Shown here in pieces: positions 55,817-64,000 of a DNA stretch of 64,000 nucleotides. The notes under the pieces were generated by a model. That model was not told where the DNA came from. It saw only the letters and a program-made list of their open reading frames with translations, and made no database searches. Every line of letters begins with the position of its first letter. The first letter of the stretch is position 1. This DNA is from an uncultured bacterium (GTDB taxonomy: Bacteria; Abyssobacteria; SURF-5; CBDUXP01): positions 146,111 to 210,110 of the forward strand of contig CBDUXP010000001.1 of the NCBI GenBank assembly GCA_965371225.1, read 5' to 3'. The translations under genes and the position numbers were made by a program.

Positions 55817-56701
55817 CTACTCAGGCCCGCCGGTGAACACGCGCGCGAGCGCCGCGCCGCGCACCGCCTCGTGCATGAAGTGATAGGTCACGCCGGCCTC
55901 GCGATCCTGCGGGGTGGCGGGCCAATCGGCGAGGTCCGGCGCCGCCGCCACCTGCCGGGCCAGCATCTCCGCCCGGAGCACGGGATCGTAGAACGCGAAC
56001 AGCGCCCGATACAGGGTCGGATCGTCCGGCCGCGGCAGCCCGGACAGGTCGAACGCCAGGGATTCCAGCTCGGCCGTGCACACCACGTCCCCCGCATCCA
56101 GTTCGGGAACCATAAAGAACACACTCATACCCGGTCGCCCGCGCACCATGGTAGACCACAACAGGCCGTCCGCGCCGCGCACGTGCGGCAGGTAGCCGGG
56201 ATGCAGGTGGAGGAACCGGAGCCCGGGCGTCGCGAGCAGGGGCGCGGGCAGCAGGCCGCCCCCCGTGTAGAGCACCACCGGCTGCCCCAAGGCCGTCAGC
56301 GCCGGGCCCAACGATTCTGCCCGGTAATCCGCCGCGAGAACTCGCCGCACCTCGTCCGCGAAATCCTCGTAACGCACCGGCCCCCGCAGCGCGGATACTA
56401 CGGCCGCGCTCTCGGGATAGGCCTCCCCAATGGCGCGCTCCATCCGCTCCACCAAGCCCGCGTGAGTCTGCCGAATGCGCCGGGGCCAGAACCAGTGTGC
56501 AAGCGATTGCACGCGCTCGGCGTAGGCGAGCCGGAGCCGGCCGGGGAGCCAGCGGCCGACCGGTTTGCCGGTGGCGGGATGCGTGGGCGCAACCAGGAGC
56601 AGTATGCCGGCAGGCCGGTAGCCGGCGGCACGCAGCCGCAGCAGGTACGCGGCAACCTGCGGCCCTTCGTAGGCCAGCACCGTAAGCGGGAGGGTGTTCA
56701 T
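55817..56701 (-). CDS. Formyltransferase-family (Fmt/PurN N-terminal domain-like) protein
   Basis: …LRFLHLHPGYLPHVRG… resembles the HxSLLPxxRG formyl-transferase motif. ATG 56701 overlaps the upstream stop (ATGA). The upstream ~85 codons of the six-frame ORF are rejected. Confidence 0.4.
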   Translation of the reverse strand: MNTLPLTVLAYEGPQVAAYLLRLRAAGYRPAGILLLVAPTHPATGKPVGRWLPGRLRLAYAERVQSLAHWFWPRRIRQTHAGLVERMERAIGEAYPESAAVVSALRGPVRYEDFADEVRRVLAADYRAESLGPALTALGQPVVLYTGGGLLPAPLLATPGLRFLHLHPGYLPHVRGADGLLWSTMVRGRPGMSVFFMVPELDAGDVVCTAELESLAFDLSGLPRPDDPTLYRALFAFYDPVLRAEMLARQVAAAPDLADWPATPQDREAGVTYHFMHEAVRGAALARVFTGGPE

Positions 56702-57150
56702 CCCGCGGCAATCTCCCCGAGCACCGCATCCGCCTCCGCGCGCAACTCCGCCAGCAGGGGCACGTCTGGCTGCGTAGCAAGGAGGTCCAGCGCCTGGAAC
56801 GCTCCGTTGACCCACTTCAGGGCGGGACCGCGGCGGGCGGGCTCCGCATCGGTCGCCGCACGGCCGTACGCCAGCAGCACGGCGACGCCCAACGCCAACG
56901 CCGCATCGGGAAGCGGCGCCGCGTCGGGGTCTTTGCGCCAATCCGCATCGTAAGCCGTCCACACGCGCTTCGCGATGGCGATCTTGCGGCAGAGGGCGTG
57001 CAGCCAGCCCGCGCGCATCCCGTCGGGCGGGTCCCCGGCGGATTCCGCGAGGTGCCGCAACAGCCCCACCATTTCCTGCTGGGGAATGGGGCCCGGCGCG
57101 GACGCGGGGGGCGCCGCGACCAGCGCGCGGTGCAGCAGGGGGGCAACCAT
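56698..57150 (-). CDS. Hypothetical protein
   Basis: In-operon ORF with no recognisable family. Start chosen at MVAPLLHRAL to avoid a 74-nt overlap with the upstream gene, but it is uncertain. Confidence 0.3.
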   Translation of the reverse strand: MVAPLLHRALVAAPPASAPGPIPQQEMVGLLRHLAESAGDPPDGMRAGWLHALCRKIAIAKRVWTAYDADWRKDPDAAPLPDAALALGVAVLLAYGRAATDAEPARRGPALKWVNGAFQALDLLATQPDVPLLAELRAEADAVLGEIAAG

Positions 57151-57154
57151 CGCG

Positions 57155-58318
57155 TTATCCGGCCGCGGCGCGGCGACCGGCTGCGGCCACGATGTAGTCC
57201 GCGGCGGCGCGACCGCTTTGGCCAACATTAAAGAGCCACCGGTCCCGGGCCGCGCGAATTTCCGGAACCCGCTGCGCCGTGGTCTCCCGCAGTTCGCGGA
57301 CGTGCCTGGCGATGTGCGGAATCTCCGCGGGCGAGATGACGGTGCCGATGGCGGACCGGATCAGGACTTCGAACGGCTCGCACGGGATGGCGTCCGCATT
57401 CGGGTTGTTCACTTTGCGCGCCACGTCGATAAACAGCACGGGGCGTTCGAGCCCGAAGGCGAATTCCGCGGCCACCCCGGACCAGTCACTCACCATCACG
57501 TGGGCCGCAAAGAGCGACTCGGCCGACGCGACGTCCGTCTCCAGCACCACCTGCGGATGATCGCCGAACGCCTCGCGCAGCTTCGCAATCACCTCAGGCC
57601 GCTGGAGCGCGGTCCGCGGATGGGGCCGAATCGTGACGTGGCAGCCGGCGTCCAGCAGCGCGGCGACCGTGTCGTGGCCGTGGGCTTCCAGGATCGCCTC
57701 CGGCCCCCACGTGGGTGCCAGCAACACCCGGGGGGGGCCGTCGTGGGCGGGCGGCGGGCGGCGGGCCCCCTCGCGCATAAGCGAATCCAACCGGCTGTAT
57801 CCGTGCTCGGGCAGCGCGCGGGGCGGCCGGCCATGCGCCTGTTCCAGGGCGCGGGCTTCGGCCACGTGGTGCGGCCCCACGCACAGGATCGCGTCAAAGT
57901 AGTCGAATGCCCGTTCGCGGTAGATCGTGTGCATGCTGACGATGGAGTGGTGGAGGTACACGTAGTGGACCGGATAGTAGCGCGACCGCTTGACGTGAAA
58001 GACTTCCAGGTCGGGCGTGGTGAGGACCATCACATCGCTGCGCAGGGTCCAGAACGCATACGTGCGGACGATACCCCTGCCCACGTAGCAGACGTGCAGG
58101 TGCTCCTCGGTCCGGCGTAGCCCGGGATCGGCCGGGTCCGAGGTCAAGTAGGCGACCGGGCGCTGGTGCTCCACGCGCAGGGCGGTGACCACCGGCTCCA
58201 GGTGGACCCAGGCGGCCGCGTCCTCGGCGTAGAACACGATGGAGCGGGCCGCAGGATCGAGGGCCAGGAACCGCCGCAGCCCGGCGCACGCCCGGGCGAA
58301 GTCTCGGAAACCATGCAT
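57155..58318 (-). CDS. CDP-glycerol glycerophosphotransferase family protein (TagB/TagF-like, Glyphos_transf)
   Basis: C-terminal …FAAHVMVSDWSGVAAEFAFGLERPVLFID… and preceding …LLAPTWGPE… are typical of the TagF-like catalytic domain. First gene of the minus-strand operon. Confidence 0.55.
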   Translation of the reverse strand: MHGFRDFARACAGLRRFLALDPAARSIVFYAEDAAAWVHLEPVVTALRVEHQRPVAYLTSDPADPGLRRTEEHLHVCYVGRGIVRTYAFWTLRSDVMVLTTPDLEVFHVKRSRYYPVHYVYLHHSIVSMHTIYRERAFDYFDAILCVGPHHVAEARALEQAHGRPPRALPEHGYSRLDSLMREGARRPPPAHDGPPRVLLAPTWGPEAILEAHGHDTVAALLDAGCHVTIRPHPRTALQRPEVIAKLREAFGDHPQVVLETDVASAESLFAAHVMVSDWSGVAAEFAFGLERPVLFIDVARKVNNPNADAIPCEPFEVLIRSAIGTVISPAEIPHIARHVRELRETTAQRVPEIRAARDRWLFNVGQSGRAAADYIVAAAGRRAAAG

Positions 58319-58452
58319 CACAACTGTGGTCGGCACTCTGCGCCGCGGGTTGCAACGTGGATCAGCCGGTCATTAGACTATCTCACCTGTGGTGCCGCGC
58401 GCGGTGGTAGGGGGGATGACCGCGCTCGGGGCGATCCCAGGAAGGGGCGGGG

Positions 58453-58704
58453 ATGCGAAAGATGTGTGCAGGCAGGAACAGGCAACCGGGAACCCGCTGG
58501 GATGTGGTCATCATAGCGGGCTGCATCGCCGGCATCGTGTGGCAACCGCCCGCGTACGCTTACCTGGACCCGGGCTCGGCCGGGGTCCTGGGGCAACTGC
58601 TCGTGGCGATCGTGGCGGGGGCCGGCGCGACGATGACGTTCTTCTGGGGCCGGATCAAATCGACCGTCGGCCGCCTGTTCGCGTCCAAATCCGATTCCGA
58701 GTAG
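58453..58704 (+). CDS. Small hypothetical membrane protein (2 TM)
   Basis: 83 aa with two hydrophobic helices. AGGAAGGGG upstream. Immediately precedes the tandem GT-C-like genes. Confidence 0.35.
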   Translation: MRKMCAGRNRQPGTRWDVVIIAGCIAGIVWQPPAYAYLDPGSAGVLGQLLVAIVAGAGATMTFFWGRIKSTVGRLFASKSDSE

Positions 58705-58735
58705 CCCGCGCCGGTCGGGCACTGAGAGCGCCGGC

Positions 58736-60703
58736 GTGGTGCCGCCGGCTTCGCCCGTGAATCCCAAGCCGCGCGTCCCCCTTGACCTGCTGCTGGTCGG
58801 CGGTGCGCTCCTCGCGGTGCATCTGGGGGTGCGCAACCATACGCTGACCCCGCTGAACGGCGGCATCGAGGCGCTCGACGGCGGCTACCTGATGGAGGCG
58901 CTGGCCCGGGTGGCCGGCGGCGAGCGCGCGTATACCCCGGTGGTCTTCCATTACGGACCGTATTGGGTGGGCTATTACGTGGGGATGATGAAGCTCTTCG
59001 GGGTCTCGGTCGGCGGCGTGCGCTGGGGGGTGGCGTTGCTCGCCTGGCTGCGCAGCGTCACGACGTACGCGCTCACCGCCCGCTTGGCCGGCCGCTGGTG
59101 GGGGTTGGTCGCGGTGGCGGTGACCATCGTGTCCCCAAACGTCCTGTTGGGTGCGCCGTACGGGAGCTACACGTCCGGAAGCGTGCTGCTCGTGTTCGCG
59201 GGCGCGGTGCTCTGGGCGCTGGCAGCGGAGGGATCGGCCCGGCGGTGGTTACTGGTCGGCCTGCTGATTGGCGTCATGTTCGGTGCACGGTGGTCCAGTG
59301 CGTTCATTGCGCTGGCGGCGACCGGCATCGTGGGGGGGGCCACGGGCCTCCTGCACCCGCCCGTGCGGCGGGGCCACTTGGTGGGCACGGTGGTGATCCC
59401 CGGCCTGTTGTTGGTCAGCGTGGGCCTGCTGGTCTGGCCCTATGCGCGCGCGTCGTGGATCGCCTTCGGTCCGCCGGCAGTGGGCGCCGCGGTGTTGGCC
59501 GGGGCGGAGAGCTGGCGGCGCCGGGGCACCGGGCCGGCCACCTGGCGCGAATGGCGCGCGGCCCCCGCCTGGTGCGCGGCCGGCATCGGGACGGCGACCC
59601 TGGTCTGGCTCGTGCCCATGACCCTGGCGGGGGATGTGGCCACCCGGGTGCATGACATGTTCCTGCGCTACGCGGCATCCGTCCAAGTGGGCCGCTGGTA
59701 TGCGGTGGAGCAACCCCCCGGGCTCGAGGCGCTCGGGCTCGTGACGCACACCCCCCCCGCACCGCTCATGCTTGCCGGCTGGGGGCTGCTCCTGTTCGGC
59801 TGGGTCGTGCACGCGCGCCGGGGGGATGGAGCGCGGTGGCGCCTGACCTGTCTGGCGTGGGCCGCCGCAGGCGTGATGCTCACCGTGTCCATGGTGCGGG
59901 CACACGCGTTCCAGTCCGCCCGGCTCGGGGATCTCCTGTGGGCGGAACTGCTGGGGCCCGTGTACCTGGTCTGGTGCCTGCACCACGCGTTCCGCGCCGG
60001 CGACGCGCGGCCTCCCTGGCTGGTGCCCCTGGCCTGCCTGGCCGGGGTGACGTTCCTGGACGGCGCGGCCGACGTGAATTGGGTGCATGTGGGTGCGGCG
60101 ACGGGAGTGGCCATCGTGTTTGGCGTCGTCGCGGCCCATCAGGCGTGGCTCGCGGGGCGGACGGCGACGCGGCTCTTGGGCCCGGCCCTGGCCGTGGGGG
60201 TGGCCCCGCTGATCGCCGCGCAATTCCTGCTGGGCGCCGGCCTGTGGTGGACGCTGCCGGGCGATTCGTGGCGGTTTACGCGCCGCGACCTGGCGTGGGT
60301 GGATGTTCCCCGCGGGCAGGTGTGGGAGGACGTCGGCGTGGCGCGCGAGATCCGGGCAAACGTACTGTTCTTGCAGGCCGCCTTGCCGCCGGATGAACCC
60401 TGCTTCTCCTTTCCGGATGCGCTCTACCTCTTTCTCGCCGACCGGCGCGGCACGGCGGACGTGACCTATTTCTGGCCGGGCTATTCGGCGCCCCACATCG
60501 ATGGACACTATGCCTCCTACCTGCGCACCGATCCGCCGCGACTGGTCGTGACCCGCTACAGCCCGCTTGACGTGTTCGGGGGGCCGTTGTACCTGGCCCG
60601 CGGGTTCCCCAAGATTGTCGACACGCTCGATGACGAGTTCCGTGTCGTCCAAGAAATCGGCATCCTGCGCTACTACGCCCCACGCCGGCGCGGCGGCCGG
60701 TAG
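58736..60703 (+). CDS. Polytopic membrane protein, putative GT-C-like glycosyltransferase (paralog A)
   Basis: 655 aa, about 14 TM helices, first-loop acidic motif (GGIEALDGGYLME), C-terminal ~130-aa soluble domain. Confidence 0.4.
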   Translation: MVPPASPVNPKPRVPLDLLLVGGALLAVHLGVRNHTLTPLNGGIEALDGGYLMEALARVAGGERAYTPVVFHYGPYWVGYYVGMMKLFGVSVGGVRWGVALLAWLRSVTTYALTARLAGRWWGLVAVAVTIVSPNVLLGAPYGSYTSGSVLLVFAGAVLWALAAEGSARRWLLVGLLIGVMFGARWSSAFIALAATGIVGGATGLLHPPVRRGHLVGTVVIPGLLLVSVGLLVWPYARASWIAFGPPAVGAAVLAGAESWRRRGTGPATWREWRAAPAWCAAGIGTATLVWLVPMTLAGDVATRVHDMFLRYAASVQVGRWYAVEQPPGLEALGLVTHTPPAPLMLAGWGLLLFGWVVHARRGDGARWRLTCLAWAAAGVMLTVSMVRAHAFQSARLGDLLWAELLGPVYLVWCLHHAFRAGDARPPWLVPLACLAGVTFLDGAADVNWVHVGAATGVAIVFGVVAAHQAWLAGRTATRLLGPALAVGVAPLIAAQFLLGAGLWWTLPGDSWRFTRRDLAWVDVPRGQVWEDVGVAREIRANVLFLQAALPPDEPCFSFPDALYLFLADRRGTADVTYFWPGYSAPHIDGHYASYLRTDPPRLVVTRYSPLDVFGGPLYLARGFPKIVDTLDDEFRVVQEIGILRYYAPRRRGGR

Positions 60704-60708
60704 ACCCG

Positions 60709-62682
60709 GTGCAGCCCACTCCGCCTGTCACCCGTCCCTCGCGCGTGCCCCTCGACCTGTTGGTGGTCGGGGGCGTCTTGCTGGCCGTGCATCTGGCAGT
60801 GCGCAACTACGGGCTCGGCAGCCTGAACGGGGGCACCGAAGCGCTGGACGCGGGGTATCTCATGGATGCGCTCGCGCGCGTGGCCGGCGGGGAGCGCGCC
60901 TACTCCCCCGTGGTCGCCCACTACGGGCCCTACTGGATGGCCTACTTCGTGGGCATCTTGAAACTCTTCGGCGTGTCCCTCGGCGGCGTGCAGTGGGGCG
61001 TGGCCCTGCTGGCGTGGGTGCGCAGCGTCGTGACGTACGCGCTCACGGCCCGCTTGGCCGGACGCCGGTGGGGTCTCGTCGCCGTAGCCGTCACCCTCGT
61101 GTCCCCGGGCTTGCGGTGGGGTATTCCCTATGGCGTGTTCATGTCCGGGGTCGTGTTGCTCCTCTTCGCGGGGGCGGTGCTGTGGACGCTGGCCGCGCCC
61201 GCCAGCGTGCGGCGATGGTTCCTCGTGGGGGTGCTGATCGGCGTACTGGTGGGCACCCGCTGGTCCAGCGCGTTCATTGCGCTCGCCGCGCTCGGCATCG
61301 TCGGTGGCGCCACGGGCCTCCTGCACCCGCCCGTGCGCCGGGGCCATCTGCTCGGCACGGTCGTGATCCCGGCGTTGCTCCTGGTCAGTACGGGCCTGCT
61401 GCTCGGCCCCTACCCCCGCGATTCGTGGGTAGCGTATGCACCCGTCGCGTTGGGAACGGCCGTGCTGGCGGGGGCGGAAAGCTGGCGGCGCCGGGGGACG
61501 GGACCCGCCTCCTGGCGCGCGTGGCTGGCCGCGCCCGCCTGGTGCGTCGCGGGCATCGTCGCGGCCACCCTGGTCTGGCTCGTACCCTTCGTCATCAGCG
61601 GCGACGCCGCCACCCGGGTGCACGACATGTTCTTCCGGTACGCGGAGTCTGTGCAGGTGGGCCGGTGGTACACCCTGACGCTGCCTCCCGCCCTCCGGTT
61701 GCTCGACCACATCGCGCCCCCCGCGCCCGCACCGGTCTTTCTGGTCTGCTGGGGGCTGATCCTGTTGGGGTGGATTGCCCACGCGCGGGCGGGAGCGCCG
61801 GTGCGCTGGCGGGTGACGAGCCTGGCGTTCGGCGCCAGCGGCGTGATCCTGAGTGCGTGGATGCTGCTCGCCAATGCGTTCCTCGCCGCGCGGCTGGGGG
61901 ATTTCATCTGGATCCAGTTGGCGGGAGCCTTCTACCTGATCTGGTGCTTGCACCACGCCCGCCGCTCCCGGCCCGGGGACGAACGGTCGTGGTGGCTCGT
62001 GCCCCTGGCCTGTCTCGCGGGAGTCACGTTTCTGGACGGCGCCGCAGAAGTGAGTTGGATCCACGTGACCTCGGCGACGGCGGTGCTCATCGTCTTCGGC
62101 GTGGTGGCGGCCCGGCAGGCGTGGCTCCACGGGAAGGCACACTCCCGCCTGTTGGGGCCGGCGCTGGTCGGGGCGGTGGTCCCGCTCATCGTGGCGCAAT
62201 GCCTATTGGGCGCCGGGCTGTGGTGGACGCTGCCCTTTGATTCGTGGCAGCTCATTCGCCGGGAGCTGGCGTGGGTGGACGTTCCCCGCGGGCAGGTCTG
62301 GGAAGACGCCGCGACCGCGCGCGAAGTGCAAGCCAACGTGTTGTTCCTGCAAGCGGCGCTGCCCCGGGACGAGCCCTGTTTTGCGTTTCCCGACGCGCTC
62401 TACCTCTTCCTCGCCGACCGGCGCGGGACCGCCGACGTCACCTACTTCCAGCCCGGCTACTCGGCGCCCCACGTGGACGGCCTGTACGCCTCACAACTCC
62501 GCGACGCTCCGCCCGCGCTCGTGGTCGCCCGGTACAGTCCGCTTGATTTCTTCCAGGGCAATCCCCTGTACCTGGCCCAGGGGTTTCCCCAGATCATCGA
62601 TGCGCTCGATGAAGAGTTCCGCGTCGTCCAGGAAATCGGTGTCATGCGTTACTACGCCCCGCGCCAACGCCTTCGCCGCTAA
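60709..62682 (+). CDS. Polytopic membrane protein, putative GT-C-like glycosyltransferase (paralog B)
   Basis: 657 aa, collinear with paralog A at roughly 70-75% identity by eye. Separated by 5 nt. Confidence 0.4.
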   Translation: MQPTPPVTRPSRVPLDLLVVGGVLLAVHLAVRNYGLGSLNGGTEALDAGYLMDALARVAGGERAYSPVVAHYGPYWMAYFVGILKLFGVSLGGVQWGVALLAWVRSVVTYALTARLAGRRWGLVAVAVTLVSPGLRWGIPYGVFMSGVVLLLFAGAVLWTLAAPASVRRWFLVGVLIGVLVGTRWSSAFIALAALGIVGGATGLLHPPVRRGHLLGTVVIPALLLVSTGLLLGPYPRDSWVAYAPVALGTAVLAGAESWRRRGTGPASWRAWLAAPAWCVAGIVAATLVWLVPFVISGDAATRVHDMFFRYAESVQVGRWYTLTLPPALRLLDHIAPPAPAPVFLVCWGLILLGWIAHARAGAPVRWRVTSLAFGASGVILSAWMLLANAFLAARLGDFIWIQLAGAFYLIWCLHHARRSRPGDERSWWLVPLACLAGVTFLDGAAEVSWIHVTSATAVLIVFGVVAARQAWLHGKAHSRLLGPALVGAVVPLIVAQCLLGAGLWWTLPFDSWQLIRRELAWVDVPRGQVWEDAATAREVQANVLFLQAALPRDEPCFAFPDALYLFLADRRGTADVTYFQPGYSAPHVDGLYASQLRDAPPALVVARYSPLDFFQGNPLYLAQGFPQIIDALDEEFRVVQEIGVMRYYAPRQRLRR

Positions 62683-62774
62683 ACGGTTTACCCCTCGGCG
62701 ACGTCAGCTTCTGGTGGCCGTACGCCGCCGGGGCGAGTGCCACCAAGCGTGGTCAGCCGGTCGAGGGCGCGTGA

Positions 62775-63998
62775 TTACCCATCGACCATCTCGCCGCTCG
62801 GCGCGCGACCGGCGCGCGAACGCACGACCAGCACACCGGCGCACGCGACGAGCGCGCACGAGCCTGTCAGCGCCACCGGGATGCTGGTGGCCTGGGCGAT
62901 AATGCCGAGCGTAATTCCGAGGACGATCTCGCCGAAGTATTCGGCCTGGGCGAGGAAGGACTGCACCGTCGCCCGCACGTCGCTGGTGACGCGCCGGTTG
63001 ACCCAGATCACGCTGACCGTCCGGGTCACGGGCCAGGCGATGCCACCCACGAGCAGCACGCCCGCCATGCCGGTGACATCGTCGGGCGCGTGGGCGAGCA
63101 CGATCAGGCCGAGCGCGCCGATGAAGCACGCTGCGGCATAGATGCGGCGGGCCACGCCCACGCCGTCGATGCGCGCCTCGACGATGCGGAGCGCGAGCGC
63201 GGCGATCGCCAACGTGATGAGACCGAGTGCCGTGAACCACACGATCGGACCGGGTTGTTCAGGAAAGCCGAGGTCGAGGAGCCGCTTGGGGAACAGCCGC
63301 CCGAACGCTTCCGCGGCGCCGTTCACGAGGATCGTCGCCGCGAAGACGAGCAGGATCTCGCGATCGCGGCGCGCGAGGTCGATCCCGCGCCGGAAGATCG
63401 ACACCGACTCCCGCCAGCGGTGCTCGCGGGTTGGGGTGAAGTTATGTTCGGTGAACCGTGCCGCGACGAACAGCCCGAGCACCCACATGGCGAGCCCGGA
63501 CGCCACGATGGAGGTGGCGAGGTCGGTTGCCCAGGCGAGTGCGCCGAACCCGACCAAGCCGCCGGCCGCTCCAACCTGCTGCCAGCGAGCGCTTGCCGTC
63601 AACACGCCGGCGACGCGGTCGGGTCGGTCAAGCTCATCGGTGAGCCACGCGACGTCGGCGCCGCTCGAGAATGTCCAAGCCAGCCCCCACAACATCTGCG
63701 TCGCCACGAGTGCCGGGAAGGCCGTGACGAGTCCCGTGACCAGCATGCCGGCCCCCATCACAAGATGCGCGATCACGATTGACCACTTGCGGCTGATCGT
63801 GTCCGCCATGACCCCGGTGGGCACCTCCGCCACCAGCGCTGTGACCCCCTGGGCGGTGCCGATGAACACGAGCTGGAACGCGGACAGGTCGGCCTCAACG
63901 ACGAGGTAGAGGCTGGTGACGAGCCAGTAGCCGTGGTGGAAGACCGCCCGCATGCACGTCCACCGGATGAAGGTGGCGGCGACGTCGCGATCGGGCAT
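62775..63998 (-). CDS. MFS transporter
   Basis: 12-TM pattern with MFS-like loop motifs. The N-terminus lies 2 nt from the window edge, so it may be truncated or extended. Confidence 0.45.
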   Translation of the reverse strand: MPDRDVAATFIRWTCMRAVFHHGYWLVTSLYLVVEADLSAFQLVFIGTAQGVTALVAEVPTGVMADTISRKWSIVIAHLVMGAGMLVTGLVTAFPALVATQMLWGLAWTFSSGADVAWLTDELDRPDRVAGVLTASARWQQVGAAGGLVGFGALAWATDLATSIVASGLAMWVLGLFVAARFTEHNFTPTREHRWRESVSIFRRGIDLARRDREILLVFAATILVNGAAEAFGRLFPKRLLDLGFPEQPGPIVWFTALGLITLAIAALALRIVEARIDGVGVARRIYAAACFIGALGLIVLAHAPDDVTGMAGVLLVGGIAWPVTRTVSVIWVNRRVTSDVRATVQSFLAQAEYFGEIVLGITLGIIAQATSIPVALTGSCALVACAGVLVVRSRAGRAPSGEMVDG

Positions 63999-64000
63999 CG

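Noticed and set aside
58378-58866. Minus-strand 162-aa ORF overlapping the small membrane ORF and the start of GT-C paralog A
   Set aside because: Antisense to better-supported plus-strand genes, with an Arg/Pro-rich translation. Judged spurious.

Overview
This is a 64 kb window from a high-GC (roughly 70% by eye) bacterial genome, densely coding on both strands. I saw no rRNA, tRNA, CRISPR array or transposase/integrase; by eye, low-GC stretches occur only in a few intergenic AT-rich islands. Many of the long 'ORFs' in the six-frame track are antisense or out-of-frame artefacts of the GC bias, so I called genes by recognisable protein-family sequence, RBS/start context and stop/start overlaps. 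F420-linked enzyme families (LLM and PPOX classes) suggest an actinobacterial or Chloroflexi-like host.

The contents, in order:

(1) 0.15-18.7 kb, + strand. A Wzx/Wzy-type exopolysaccharide locus. It carries a priming phosphotransferase, a Wza-like exporter, a degenerate BY-kinase-like ATPase, a Wzz-like co-polymerase, three CelD/FemAB-like GNAT genes, a NodB deacetylase, a Wzy/ligase-like protein, three GT4 glycosyltransferases, a Wzx flippase and an AsnB-like amidotransferase. It is flanked on the - strand by a secreted heparinase-II/III-like lyase, a GT39/ArnT-like glycosyltransferase and a GT4.

(2) 24-42 kb. Mixed housekeeping genes. These include an F420-type oxidoreductase pair, a DUF2339/DUF3999 pair, an amidohydrolase plus a kinase-like protein, a TPR membrane protein, an enoyl-CoA hydratase, BolA plus monothiol glutaredoxin, a thermonuclease, a radical SAM protein and an SDR.

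(3) 42.2-48.1 kb, - strand. A compact bacterial microcompartment (BMC) locus. It has one BMC-H, three BMC-P and two tandem-domain BMC-T shell proteins, a class II aldolase and a CoA-acylating aldehyde dehydrogenase, and an RpiR/MurR regulator with an adjacent AT-rich palindrome. The aldolase and the dehydrogenase each carry a plausible encapsulation peptide. No phosphotransacylase or alcohol dehydrogenase is visible.

(4) 48.7-50.3 kb. Tandem-duplicated SGNH-like hydrolase genes with identical TATACT-containing 5' leaders.

(5) 50.4-58.3 kb, - strand. A tightly overlapping seven-gene operon. Its domain set matches the Campylobacter O-methyl-phosphoramidate (MeOPN) pathway: a LicC-like cytidylyltransferase, a peptidase C26/GATase1 hydrolase, a PEP-synthase-like kinase, a SAM methyltransferase and a TagF-like phosphotransferase. 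I take this to be a candidate, previously undescribed phosphoramidate-type cell-surface modification system in a high-GC host.

(6) 58.7-62.7 kb. Tandem duplicated 655-aa polytopic (GT-C-like) membrane proteins, followed by an MFS transporter.
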